Source: a virus (taxonomy: Duplodnaviria; Caudoviricetes). Taken from it: a stretch of DNA of 48,613 bases. Shown piece by piece: positions 30,469-38,213 of this stretch. A program made the position numbers and the translations under genes. Below the pieces are notes generated by a model. The model saw nothing but the letters and a program-made list of their open reading frames with translations, did no database searches and had not been told where the DNA came from. The stretch is taken from IMG/VR virus record IMGVR_UViG_3300034106_000257, positions 1 to 48,613 of that record. One strand, 5' to 3'. The first letter of the stretch is position 1. Each line of letters opens with the position of its first letter.

Positions 30469-31497
30469 TTACGCATTAAGTTGGATGCGATTCTCCCGCT
30501 GTGCGGCAAAGATATCGCGTTCTGTACGATCGCGCTCCTGCTCCCGTCCCTTGTACTTACCAGCGCGAACATCGTTGAAGAACTTCTTGATGTCGTCTGG
30601 CGTGTACACACGAGACTTGTTGGTCTGCGTAGTGCCGGTGTTTTTCGAACGACCGGGAGAAACTTGCTTTTCCAACTCAGGTGCAGAAACACGGGGCTTG
30701 GTTTGAGCAACATTGGCTTGTCCAGTACTCTCAAGCCAAGTGCGGAAGAAGTTTGCAACTCGTCGCGCATCAAGCGACCGCTGCGCATCTTCAAGATATG
30801 TCTGGCGGCTAATGCCAGTCAGCGGGTCAACTTCCAACAGCCAAGACTGGAAATCTGCGTTGTCGTTAACTTCCCGCCAATTGGAGACAGCATTGGACAG
30901 TTCAGCCCAGAACTGCTGCTCTGCAGACACGGCTTGCTTCTGGGCAACAGCCTGAACCTGCGGAACAACATTGGACTGGAACTGGTTTATCATCCTCTCA
31001 AGTTGCGCCATGCGACCCGCGATGGAGCCAATCTCCTCACGAGTAACCTTGCGCATCATCTCGATGGAGTCCCCGTATTCCTCAACGTCTTTGGCGGTCA
31101 CCAACTTTTCAGTGGGAGCCGCTGGAGTGCTGGGAGCGGTAGGCTGCTGAGACGAGAGAGACGCCAACAACTGTTCCAGTTGCTGCACACGCTGCTGCGT
31201 TTCCTTGTTCTGCGCGTGCAGACGAGGTACCTCAGCGTTGTACATTCCTTGAAGCGTCTTGTATTTCTGCAAGAACGATTCTTCCGACACCTTATCGTCG
31301 CCGGTTTTCTGCTCAACTGCCGGAGACGGAGCAGCATTGTTCGTAGCATTCTCGTCGGCAGGGGTATTTTCAGGAGTGTTCTCTGCCTGATCAGGGGCAT
31401 CGGCGTTATCGCCTGCCTCGCCAGCGGCAGCATTAATCTGCCTGTAGAGTTCCTGAACCGCCTCGGACTGCTTGCGAATTTGCTCTGGAAGGGCCAT
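30469..31497 (-). CDS. Capsid scaffolding protein
   Basis: Acidic low-complexity N-terminus, KYKTLQGMY coiled coil, C-terminal I..A..E.RI; lies between portal and capsid. Confidence 0.75.
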   Translation of the reverse strand: MALPEQIRKQSEAVQELYRQINAAAGEAGDNADAPDQAENTPENTPADENATNNAAPSPAVEQKTGDDKVSEESFLQKYKTLQGMYNAEVPRLHAQNKETQQRVQQLEQLLASLSSQQPTAPSTPAAPTEKLVTAKDVEEYGDSIEMMRKVTREEIGSIAGRMAQLERMINQFQSNVVPQVQAVAQKQAVSAEQQFWAELSNAVSNWREVNDNADFQSWLLEVDPLTGISRQTYLEDAQRSLDARRVANFFRTWLESTGQANVAQTKPRVSAPELEKQVSPGRSKNTGTTQTNKSRVYTPDDIKKFFNDVRAGKYKGREQERDRTERDIFAAQRENRIQLNA

Positions 31498-31538
31498 GTG
31501 TACGCTCCTTTTTGGTATGCGTTAATTAGACGGCGAGA

Positions 31539-31754
31539 TCAAGTCTTTGCCGCCATTTCAGGGGCATCTTTGGCGAACTTGTAGAGTTCACCCAACACTT
31601 GGCAGCGCCCCTGTGAGACCGCCATGTTGTTAACTGCTGCAGGCAGGTTATCAAGTTCGTGCATACGCCACTGCCCCAGAAACTCCAGAACTTCTGGATA
31701 CTGGCGAACAGCCATCGCGAATGCCTTGATTACCTTCGGTTCGGGACGAATCAT
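31539..31754 (-). CDS. Small protein after the portal
   Basis: 71 aa with a QGRCQVL motif; overlaps the portal stop. Confidence 0.65.
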   Translation of the reverse strand: MIRPEPKVIKAFAMAVRQYPEVLEFLGQWRMHELDNLPAAVNNMAVSQGRCQVLGELYKFAKDAPEMAAKT

Positions 31755-33799
31755 GCTGCCTGCCCACTAATGCCACGAGTGTCGCCGCCACCCTTCGGAG
31801 AGCCATCAGGCTGCGCAGGAGTACCGGCTTCAGGCTGCGCTTGCGGCGGAGCCATCGACATAGCCAGTGCCTGCATACGCTGCTGATAGGAAGCCTTCTC
31901 CCGGGTCGGGACAACCTCTTCAACGTCCATCTGCAACCCCTTCGCAACTTCCCGCAAGATCGCTGCGCGACCATCACGGCCAAGAATCTCGACATCGAAC
32001 GGATTCGCCGTTGCGTTGAGGAACTCGATTCTGCGGAGATTAACGGTCTCTTTCACCGCAAGGTTCACTGCACCCTTGGCGACTACTTCAACGTCACCCT
32101 TGATGCTCTGATCCTCATCATACCGCATATTGTATACAAACTGTCGCGTGACAATAGGTTTTACTACGTCACTGTCGATGTGCATCACAACCTGCCGGAT
32201 ACCTTTTCCTGCAGCGCCCATGAGCATAGAGAGACCAGAGGAAGTACGCCCTGCCCCTTGTACGTTCAGATCACCATATACGTAAGCAGGGATACCAGAA
32301 TGATCGTCAGCAAGACGACTAAACTTCTCGTAGACAGCCACGAGAGTCTGGGCATTATCTTCTGGCTGAGTGAACCTAACTGCTGGCGCACTCGACCCAA
32401 GAGGGTCATTAGTGACCTGCCAAATCTTCCAAGGTGAAAGTTGAGTGATATCTTCGTTCGCAGGAATGCGCTCAAGATTGACTTCCACTTGAGGTCCAGA
32501 CGCAATGCCCATGTTGTTGACGAGGGCACGGGCGGCGGCGTTGCAGACGCTTTGGAGGTCTTCGATGATTTCGGGGATGCCTTTGCCCCAGAACGCGCCG
32601 GGGCACTTGATGAACGACGTTTTTGAGTACGGCTTTTCACCGAGCGGGTCATAGTTGAGTACTGCCTTGATTACGTAGTTGCCTACAATCCATACGTTAG
32701 CGTCGTACTCGCGGGCCTGATCCGGAATCTCCTCCTCGGACATCCCCCACTCAACGAGCATCTTGCCGCTTACTTTGCCCCAGAACTCCAGTGCATCGAA
32801 GACTTCGGTGGGGCGCATGTAGGAGTAGTACTTGCGCTCTTCCTCGTTCTTCTGGAGTTCGACATCCTCGCTGATCCAAGACTGGCCGTTGCCAATCTCC
32901 AAGACCTTGCGGATAGCGTCTTCGTCGTAGCCCGGAACGCCAATAAGATCGGCCAAGTCCATGCGGCTAAGGGGGTGATGCTGGAAAAGATACCCCTCGT
33001 TGATGTCGGAAATCCCCGGCTCGGGGTAGATGCGGAACGGATCGACGCGCTCGTACTCAGGTCCAAGTTTCTCAACCGGGTCGAGGATTACCGTGCCGTC
33101 AGGCATAGCCTTCCACCCCAACGTGCGCTGCCGCCTCACGATCGGCCCCTTGATGAACGCAGCAGGGAAGGTGACAAGATCGGTAACGAAATCGTTGAAC
33201 GACTTCTCCCAGCCGCCATGAGCGAACTGGTCCTGAATTTTGAGTTTCATCCTGTCTGCACGCGCTTGCGCTTCGCGCAGAATACGGAAACGAAAGTCCT
33301 GCGAGACCATCTCTCGCATCTCGTTCATCTGCTCTCGCGACGGTGCCTGCCCGAGTTCCTGCACCATTTTCAGAACCTTCTCGGCAAATTCCGCCTGCAC
33401 CTCGCGGTGCTGCTCGGGAGAAAGTTCAGGGATCGGTGTAGCCTGCAAATCCCACGGGGGGCTGCCGTTATCCAGCAAGATATCCCGAAGCCAACTCTCC
33501 GCAGCGCGGCACTTGACCTCAGTGATCATCATGTAGATTTCAGAGCCACCCTGACCACGGATGGCTGCGAGTTTGTCGTTCTCGTACTCGCCATTGCGCT
33601 GCCGAAGCGCACGAAGCATCTTGTTCTCGATGGGCTTCTTGGCCATCTGGGCGACATCCCAGCATTCGCGCAAGTACCCGGTGAGACCCAAGATCAGCGG
33701 CTGGTTCTGTCTTTCCTGAAGTGCAGCATCGACTACTGCCTGCTCTTGCTTGGCAAGATCAGTGTTGTTAACCACTCGTAGGAATGTCAGTCCAGCCAT
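31751..33799 (-). CDS. Portal protein
   Basis: 682 aa. VDPFRIYP, PG.FWG.G, R.L.NN..IASGP and RTSSGLSMLM motifs of podovirus-type portals. Confidence 0.85.
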   Translation of the reverse strand: MAGLTFLRVVNNTDLAKQEQAVVDAALQERQNQPLILGLTGYLRECWDVAQMAKKPIENKMLRALRQRNGEYENDKLAAIRGQGGSEIYMMITEVKCRAAESWLRDILLDNGSPPWDLQATPIPELSPEQHREVQAEFAEKVLKMVQELGQAPSREQMNEMREMVSQDFRFRILREAQARADRMKLKIQDQFAHGGWEKSFNDFVTDLVTFPAAFIKGPIVRRQRTLGWKAMPDGTVILDPVEKLGPEYERVDPFRIYPEPGISDINEGYLFQHHPLSRMDLADLIGVPGYDEDAIRKVLEIGNGQSWISEDVELQKNEEERKYYSYMRPTEVFDALEFWGKVSGKMLVEWGMSEEEIPDQAREYDANVWIVGNYVIKAVLNYDPLGEKPYSKTSFIKCPGAFWGKGIPEIIEDLQSVCNAAARALVNNMGIASGPQVEVNLERIPANEDITQLSPWKIWQVTNDPLGSSAPAVRFTQPEDNAQTLVAVYEKFSRLADDHSGIPAYVYGDLNVQGAGRTSSGLSMLMGAAGKGIRQVVMHIDSDVVKPIVTRQFVYNMRYDEDQSIKGDVEVVAKGAVNLAVKETVNLRRIEFLNATANPFDVEILGRDGRAAILREVAKGLQMDVEEVVPTREKASYQQRMQALAMSMAPPQAQPEAGTPAQPDGSPKGGGDTRGISGQAA

Positions 33800-33800
33800 A

Positions 33801-34112
33801 TTACTTGCCGTAGAACCGCTTGTAGGCGTCCTGCATCTTCTTGGTCATGCCCTTATCCTCGACCTCGCGCATGGCTGTGCGTTCCTTCTCGGTGTACTTG
33901 GGAGCACTCTCGATATAACGCCGTGCGTTACGCATGAAGGCCCCCGGATTACGCGGGTCTTCCGGCATGTTACGGGTAAACTCCGCTACTCCCATCTTGC
34001 GCGGCTTGGTCACCAAACCGCCCTTCTGGTAGGACTTGATAGGCGCTGCCGCCCCCGACATCTTGGGGTTACTCGAAGTGACCTTGTAGGGTTTGTTGCA
34101 ACTGGACGCCAT
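33801..34112 (-). CDS. Small basic hypothetical protein
   Basis: ATG at 34112 follows GGAGGAG; contains a YQKGGLV motif. Confidence 0.65.
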   Translation of the reverse strand: MASSCNKPYKVTSSNPKMSGAAAPIKSYQKGGLVTKPRKMGVAEFTRNMPEDPRNPGAFMRNARRYIESAPKYTEKERTAMREVEDKGMTKKMQDAYKRFYGK

Positions 34113-34135
34113 ATATACTCCTCCGCGTTGTGCGG

Positions 34136-34163
34136 TTTGTATCACAAGTATATACGAAGTCAA
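34136..34163 (-). promoter_or_regulatory. Possible sigma70-like promoter for the head genes
   Basis: TTGACT-N16-TACAAA with TG before the -10, just downstream of a terminator. Confidence 0.35.
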
Positions 34164-34165
34164 TA

Positions 34166-34198
34166 GGAAAAGAACCCCCGAGGGAACCCCGGGGGTTA
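34166..34198 (-). terminator. Rho-independent terminator after TerL
   Basis: Minus strand reads AACCCCCG-N9-CGGGGGTT followed by CTTTT. Confidence 0.6.
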
Positions 34199-34262
34199 AA
34201 CGCTACATCTAGGGAGGGTATGCAGCGAATACTAGGAGAAAAGCAATGCGGGACGGACAATA

Positions 34263-35651
34263 TCAGGTCCAGCCGGAGGCTGCAACCCTTTTTACTTCCC
34301 GTCGTACCCCGGTCCGAGCCGCCTCGCCCCCGTTCGAAATGTGGAGCATGAGGTACTGCAGCGCCTCGGCAACGTGCGAGTGCTTGTTCTTCTCGATGTC
34401 CGCGTCGCCTTTCGGCTTGTACCTGTAGCCGCCCATCATGGCGGCCTTGAGTTGCGTACACCGGGGGTCCACCAGAAACCCCGGATCGCCGTCGATGCTG
34501 CGCATGAGGTACTCATCGACCGCGTTAACTCGTGCTGATATGTTATTAGTCTTTGCCGGGATCACTTTGAACCCCTCGGCCTTGATGATATCCACCGCGC
34601 TGCGCTCGTCAGTCTGCGCCCGCTGCACGCCCGCCGGGTCGGTCACGATGAGCACCGGTGCCCCCGGAAAGCGTTCGTAGAGCATCGGCTTGAGCATGGT
34701 CCGCATGAACCTCTGCACGCCCATGTCGAACGAGACACACTCACCGAGAATCAGTGCGCGACCACGCGGGTCTTGCTGCCCGAGCACCGCCGCCGGGGTC
34801 AACCCCAAGTCCATCCCGATGACGATAGGTCTCACGCCATTGACGATCGGCCGCAGGGAATTCTTGGCCATGTGGTAGTCGGGCCTGAAGTACTTGTACA
34901 CCGGCATACCGGCGCTGGAGAGGCCATACTCGCCGTCGATATAGACCCGGATGTACTCATCGCTGCGGCCCTGAGTGTCGTAGTAGCCTTCCGGCAGGTT
35001 CTCGATGTTCTCGGCGTACGGCGATCGTCCGGACGGCTGCTTGAACACAGCCCAGCCGTTGTCGTTCGGAGACACCCCGTCTTTCGGGTCCAGTCCTTCC
35101 AACTGGTAGTACCACCATGTGTCCATGGTCGGCGGGTTGGTATCCCCCCACATGCCATGCCACGAGGGTCCGCCGTCCTTGGCAGACGGAAAACGACCGA
35201 TGCGCTTGCTCATGGCGTCCACGATATCCGGGTGAATATCCCGACACTCGTTGAACCAAGCGAACGACAACTCCAGCGAGTTCAGGTTAGCCACATCGTC
35301 CGCATCGTCCAGCGCACGGAACATGATCTCGCACTCGACCTCTCCGACTTTGAAGAAGTAGGTCTTGGTAGTGCGCATGTAGTCGCCACACTGCCCCGGC
35401 GGGAACCAGTCCAGAAACGTCTTGATCGTGGTGTCCTGCAACTGCCGGGCGGTCTCGCGTACCACAGCCGCTCGCGTGCGGCGTCTTCCCTGCTCGTCAG
35501 GCCGCTGCATACTGGCCCGTCGCACGATCTCGAAACTGCAGGTGACCGACTTGCCGGAACCCACTGGCCCCATGAGGACGCGCATCTTGGCGTCCGATTC
35601 CATGAACTTGGCCCCTGTGGGTGGGGGCGTGTAGTTAATTTCGAGTGGCAT
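34263..35651 (-). CDS. terL: Terminase large subunit
   Basis: Walker A GPVGSGKS, variant Walker B AWFNE, DTNPP coupling motif, RNase H-fold IGMDLG and C-terminal SHVAEALQY. Confidence 0.92.
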   Translation of the reverse strand: MPLEINYTPPPTGAKFMESDAKMRVLMGPVGSGKSVTCSFEIVRRASMQRPDEQGRRRTRAAVVRETARQLQDTTIKTFLDWFPPGQCGDYMRTTKTYFFKVGEVECEIMFRALDDADDVANLNSLELSFAWFNECRDIHPDIVDAMSKRIGRFPSAKDGGPSWHGMWGDTNPPTMDTWWYYQLEGLDPKDGVSPNDNGWAVFKQPSGRSPYAENIENLPEGYYDTQGRSDEYIRVYIDGEYGLSSAGMPVYKYFRPDYHMAKNSLRPIVNGVRPIVIGMDLGLTPAAVLGQQDPRGRALILGECVSFDMGVQRFMRTMLKPMLYERFPGAPVLIVTDPAGVQRAQTDERSAVDIIKAEGFKVIPAKTNNISARVNAVDEYLMRSIDGDPGFLVDPRCTQLKAAMMGGYRYKPKGDADIEKNKHSHVAEALQYLMLHISNGGEAARTGVRREVKRVAASGWT

Positions 35652-35741
35652 ACTAAGTTTCTAGATGGTGGAGTTGCGTAGCAACTTGAGTGGCATACTA
35701 AGTTTCTAGATGGTGGAGTTGCGTAGCAACTCAAGTGGCAT
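35643..35741. repeat. 45-bp tandem repeat (2 copies plus 8 bp) at the TerL start
   Basis: gagtggcatactaagtttctagatggtggagttgcgtagcaact starts at 35643 and 35688; a third AGTGGCAT lies at 35734. Confidence 0.95.
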
Positions 35742-35955
35742 TGGGAGGTACGTCCTCTACCAACAGTACCACGAAACTGCGGGTTTTCTTGCCATTGCGC
35801 TTGGCCTTGACGATGCGGGTCAGGAACGAAATCCCGGCATTCTTCAACGCACTCGTGAAGTTGTGGTACTCGACGCTGTTATCGAACACAGCGGCTTCAT
35901 GGCCTTCATACGTTGTGTGAAAGCGCTTGCTCAGGCTGGTCGGCAAAGTCAGCAT
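35731..35955 (-). CDS. Hypothetical protein between TerS and TerL
   Basis: 74 aa. Overlaps the TerS end; its TGA lies just inside the first MPL mini-ORF. Confidence 0.6.
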   Translation of the reverse strand: MLTLPTSLSKRFHTTYEGHEAAVFDNSVEYHNFTSALKNAGISFLTRIVKAKRNGKKTRSFVVLLVEDVPPNAT

Positions 35956-36406
35956 CTATGGGTTCCGGGGTTAGGTCTATGACTCTGGCATCCTCGGGCT
36001 TGCTGCCCAAGTTGATCGTGATCTTGACTCCACCGGCAGAGGTTTCCTGCGGCAAGTCCTTAGGCTCAAGTCCAGCCCACTTGACTGTGGACTTGATCAG
36101 GTCGGCTTTGACTGCCGGGGATACAGCCGGGTCGTGGATCAAGAGCCACGAAGTTGTCAGGAGTTCTTCGGCTTGCGTGCGGGCCTTGAGTTTGAATGTG
36201 ATGCCCTTGTCGCGGACTTCGGTACGGAAGTGATCGACTTTCTTGAGGAACACCGGGTCGGTGTTGAAGTCCAGAATCTCTTGCGTGGTGATCTTGTGCC
36301 GAAGCAAAACGTCGGAGAGAGGTTCCCCGCTACCCTCAAGGGTAAGAGCCACATCGAACGCCAGTCTGTCAGACCATTTCGTAGGTCGCAGTGGATGGAA
36401 ATCCAT
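35906..36406 (-). CDS. Putative terminase small subunit
   Basis: 166 aa, helical, upstream of TerL, with a C-terminal GGVKITINLG beta-strand. Confidence 0.6.
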   Translation of the reverse strand: MDFHPLRPTKWSDRLAFDVALTLEGSGEPLSDVLLRHKITTQEILDFNTDPVFLKKVDHFRTEVRDKGITFKLKARTQAEELLTTSWLLIHDPAVSPAVKADLIKSTVKWAGLEPKDLPQETSAGGVKITINLGSKPEDARVIDLTPEPIDADFADQPEQALSHNV

Positions 36407-36414
36407 GGCTCATC

Positions 36415-36762
36415 TTAGCGCCTATGTTCTTTCCAATGCAAGATGCGGTGGCAGTTCGAGCAAAGCGGTATGCACTTGGTCTCGGCTTCCTTGATCGCGG
36501 CGGGGATGTTGTTCCTGACTGCCGCCAATTTATTGACGGACTGCTTGTTCTTGCGAATGACATGGTGGAAGTCGATGACCGCCGGGTGACTGAATCCGCA
36601 GTGGGCGCACTTCTTGCCCGCCTTGTAGGCTTCCCATTCCTTTCGCTTGGCCCTGCGGAGTTTCTTGTTCTTGGCTATCTGGACCTTGCGGTTCTTGAGG
36701 TACCAAGTCCGGGAGTAGGTCTTCTGTCGAACTTTGGCGAGGTCTTTGTCCTGTAAAGGCAT
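36415..36762 (-). CDS. HNH endonuclease
   Basis: CAHCG...DFHH...E..KC..LCSNCHRILH. Probable start at ATG 36762; the ORF-track extension to 37062 crosses the promoter region. Confidence 0.85.
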   Translation of the reverse strand: MPLQDKDLAKVRQKTYSRTWYLKNRKVQIAKNKKLRRAKRKEWEAYKAGKKCAHCGFSHPAVIDFHHVIRKNKQSVNKLAAVRNNIPAAIKEAETKCIPLCSNCHRILHWKEHRR

Positions 36763-36770
36763 GGCGCGGC

Positions 36771-36779
36771 AGTGTAGCA
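36771..36779 (-). promoter_or_regulatory. Possible extended -10 promoter giving a leaderless HNH mRNA
   Basis: TGcTACACT lies 8 nt upstream of ATG 36762, with no Shine-Dalgarno sequence. Confidence 0.4.
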
Positions 36780-36940
36780 GAGGAATGTGTAAAGTTTTAG
36801 TTTTTTGGGGTTGTGGTTTAAGCGGTTTACTACAAATAGGGGGGGCCTGCCAAACGCCAGTCCATGTGCCCCCCTCCCCCCTCCCGATCGCGCAGCCGTG
36901 CGCGAGCCGCGACCGCCCGACTGCCCCGCTGAACCGCCGC

Positions 36941-36984
36941 AAACTTGACATCCGTGTCACGTTATGCGAGATTGGAATCGTCGG
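36941..36984 (+). promoter_or_regulatory. Early promoter P1
   Basis: AAACTTGACA-N15-GCGAG-N9-GTCGG. TTGACA-N17-GAGATT keeps -11A and -7T. The motif recurs at 38137. Confidence 0.7.
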
Positions 36985-37054
36985 TTGCAGGTGCAGCCGA
37001 CACGCGGCACAAGCGGTCGCGGGTTGTTTAACAATCTGAACTGGAGGAGCGCAA

Positions 37055-37411
37055 ATGCGCAACTTTGAAGGTACCGTACGGGTGCGGATTCACCCGGAAA
37101 AGGGAATTATGCTCGATAAGGGCATAAGCGGCTCGACCCTCACGGCGGCCGACGCAGCAAAGGTGCTGGCCATCGCGATCCGCGAGGCGGAAAGTCGGAA
37201 AGTCGGACTTGATCGCTGGTCGTTCTATCTTCCGGGTGAGTCCCAGAAGGTGCCGATGTCGGTGAAACAAATCCCGCTAACCTTGATCGTGGAAGCGATC
37301 AGGGCGGGCGCGACGCCGACGATCCGAAAAGGGCCGTGGAACAGTCCTCGGATGGTGATCGCCAAGGACGGCGAGGTAAAGCGCGAGTCCAAGATCGTGG
37401 ACATCGCGTAA
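37055..37411 (+). CDS. Early hypothetical protein, paralog A
   Basis: GGAGGAG RBS; clear similarity to 38214-38567. Confidence 0.85.
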   Translation: MRNFEGTVRVRIHPEKGIMLDKGISGSTLTAADAAKVLAIAIREAESRKVGLDRWSFYLPGESQKVPMSVKQIPLTLIVEAIRAGATPTIRKGPWNSPRMVIAKDGEVKRESKIVDIA

Positions 37412-37460
37412 AGCGGAACGGGAAAGGCGGCCGAAAGGCCGCCCGACCCAAACCTAGGAG

Positions 37461-37598
37461 ATGATGATGTTCAGGAAATTGAAGTACGGCCCTCGCGAAT
37501 ACTGGCGATGGCGACTTTGCAGGATCGGTCGTGACGTGGTGTGCGCGAAACGACTGGTCGGACGATGGTACTACGTACGCTACATCAGAACGATGTGA
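37461..37598 (+). CDS. Small Arg/Trp/Tyr-rich peptide, up to 45 aa
   Basis: Read by hand: AGGAG then MMMFRKLKYGPREYWRWRLCRIGRDVVCAKRLVGRWYYVRYIRTM*; ends just before a terminator. Confidence 0.5.
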   Translation: MMMFRKLKYGPREYWRWRLCRIGRDVVCAKRLVGRWYYVRYIRTM

Positions 37599-37603
37599 CC
37601 ACT

Positions 37604-37633
37604 GACCCGCCCTAACCCGGCGGGTCTTTTTTT
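37604..37633 (+). terminator. Rho-independent terminator
   Basis: GACCCGCC-N7-GGCGGGTC-T7. Confidence 0.85.
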
Positions 37634-37728
37634 GCCTGTGCGCAGGCGCTGTAGTTTTCTTCTTGATTCCATACGTCGGGGGCTTGTAGCACACCCCATC
37701 AATACCGCGTGTCTGGGGGCAAAATCGC

Positions 37729-37742
37729 TAAGTCATTGATTT
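37729..37742 (-). promoter_or_regulatory. IHF site 1
   Basis: AAATCAATGACTTA matches WATCAANNNNTTR. Confidence 0.7.
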
Positions 37743-37825
37743 ATAAGGAACAATCTAAATAATCTAAGTGGAACTTTACGCAGAATCGCTAGATAGATCT
37801 GTCTAGTTTTACATGTCAAGTTTTG

Positions 37826-37839
37826 TAAGTCATTGATTT
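37826..37839 (-). promoter_or_regulatory. IHF site 2
   Basis: Identical 14-mer AAATCAATGACTTA. Confidence 0.7.
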
Positions 37840-37934
37840 TCCAGGGATATGTCGGGGGAGCCAGTCTATATATGATACTAATAATCTAAATAATATATAG
37901 ATTTTGATGTCTTCTCTCGCAGAATTTGTCTCGA

Positions 37935-37954
37935 TACTGTATATCCATACAGTA
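37935..37954. promoter_or_regulatory. LexA (SOS) box
   Basis: TACTGTATATCCATACAGTA is CTGT-N8-ACAG with TA flanks, two mismatches from TACTG(TA)5CAGTA. Confidence 0.8.
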
Positions 37955-38018
37955 CCTCCCTCCTAATTTTTAGCGCCACATTACTTCAAAAAACATAGAT
38001 TATTTAGATCATTGCGCG

Positions 38019-38032
38019 TAACCCATTGATTC
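38019..38032 (-). promoter_or_regulatory. IHF site 3
   Basis: GAATCAATGGGTTA matches WATCAANNNNTTR. Confidence 0.6.
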
Positions 38033-38136
38033 CCTTAGTGTTTTTACGATCTATCTTTTGATCTATCCCCGCCACTTTACACTTATCACTTAGATCATCG
38101 TCATAGATTTCAGAAATTTTGGGGAGTCCGAGGGGG

Positions 38137-38180
38137 AAACTTGACACCGCCGGCGGTTTGGGCGAGGGTGTCTGGGTCGG
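38137..38180 (+). promoter_or_regulatory. Early promoter P2
   Basis: AAACTTGACA-N15-GCGAG-N9-GTCGG, same spacing as P1; TTGACA-N17-GAGGGT. Confidence 0.7.
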
Positions 38181-38213
38181 CTTGTTCTATTTAATAACTC
38201 TACTGGAGGCCAT

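Larger units (their letters stand above)
37721..38120. other. AT-rich non-coding control region (origin, packaging or att-like)
   Basis: No credible ORF; visibly AT-rich; contains IHF sites, ATCTAAATAAT repeats and a LexA box. Confidence 0.6.

Noticed and set aside
35643-35741. CRISPR mini-array
   Set aside because: The units are adjacent near-identical copies with no unique spacers, and no cas genes are present.
35661-35741. Genome-wide TAG recoding
   Set aside because: Long genes are intact in the standard code and gene packing is tight; in-frame TAGs were seen only in this repeat.
23-36000. Long plus-strand ORFs such as 10689-12092, 30481-31584 and 4592-5644
   Set aside because: These are antisense shadows of well-supported minus-strand genes in GC-rich DNA and carry no recognisable motifs.
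36763-37062. N-terminal extension of the HNH ORF in the track
   Set aside because: It crosses promoters and homopolymer runs and reads as non-coding; ATG 36762 fits better.
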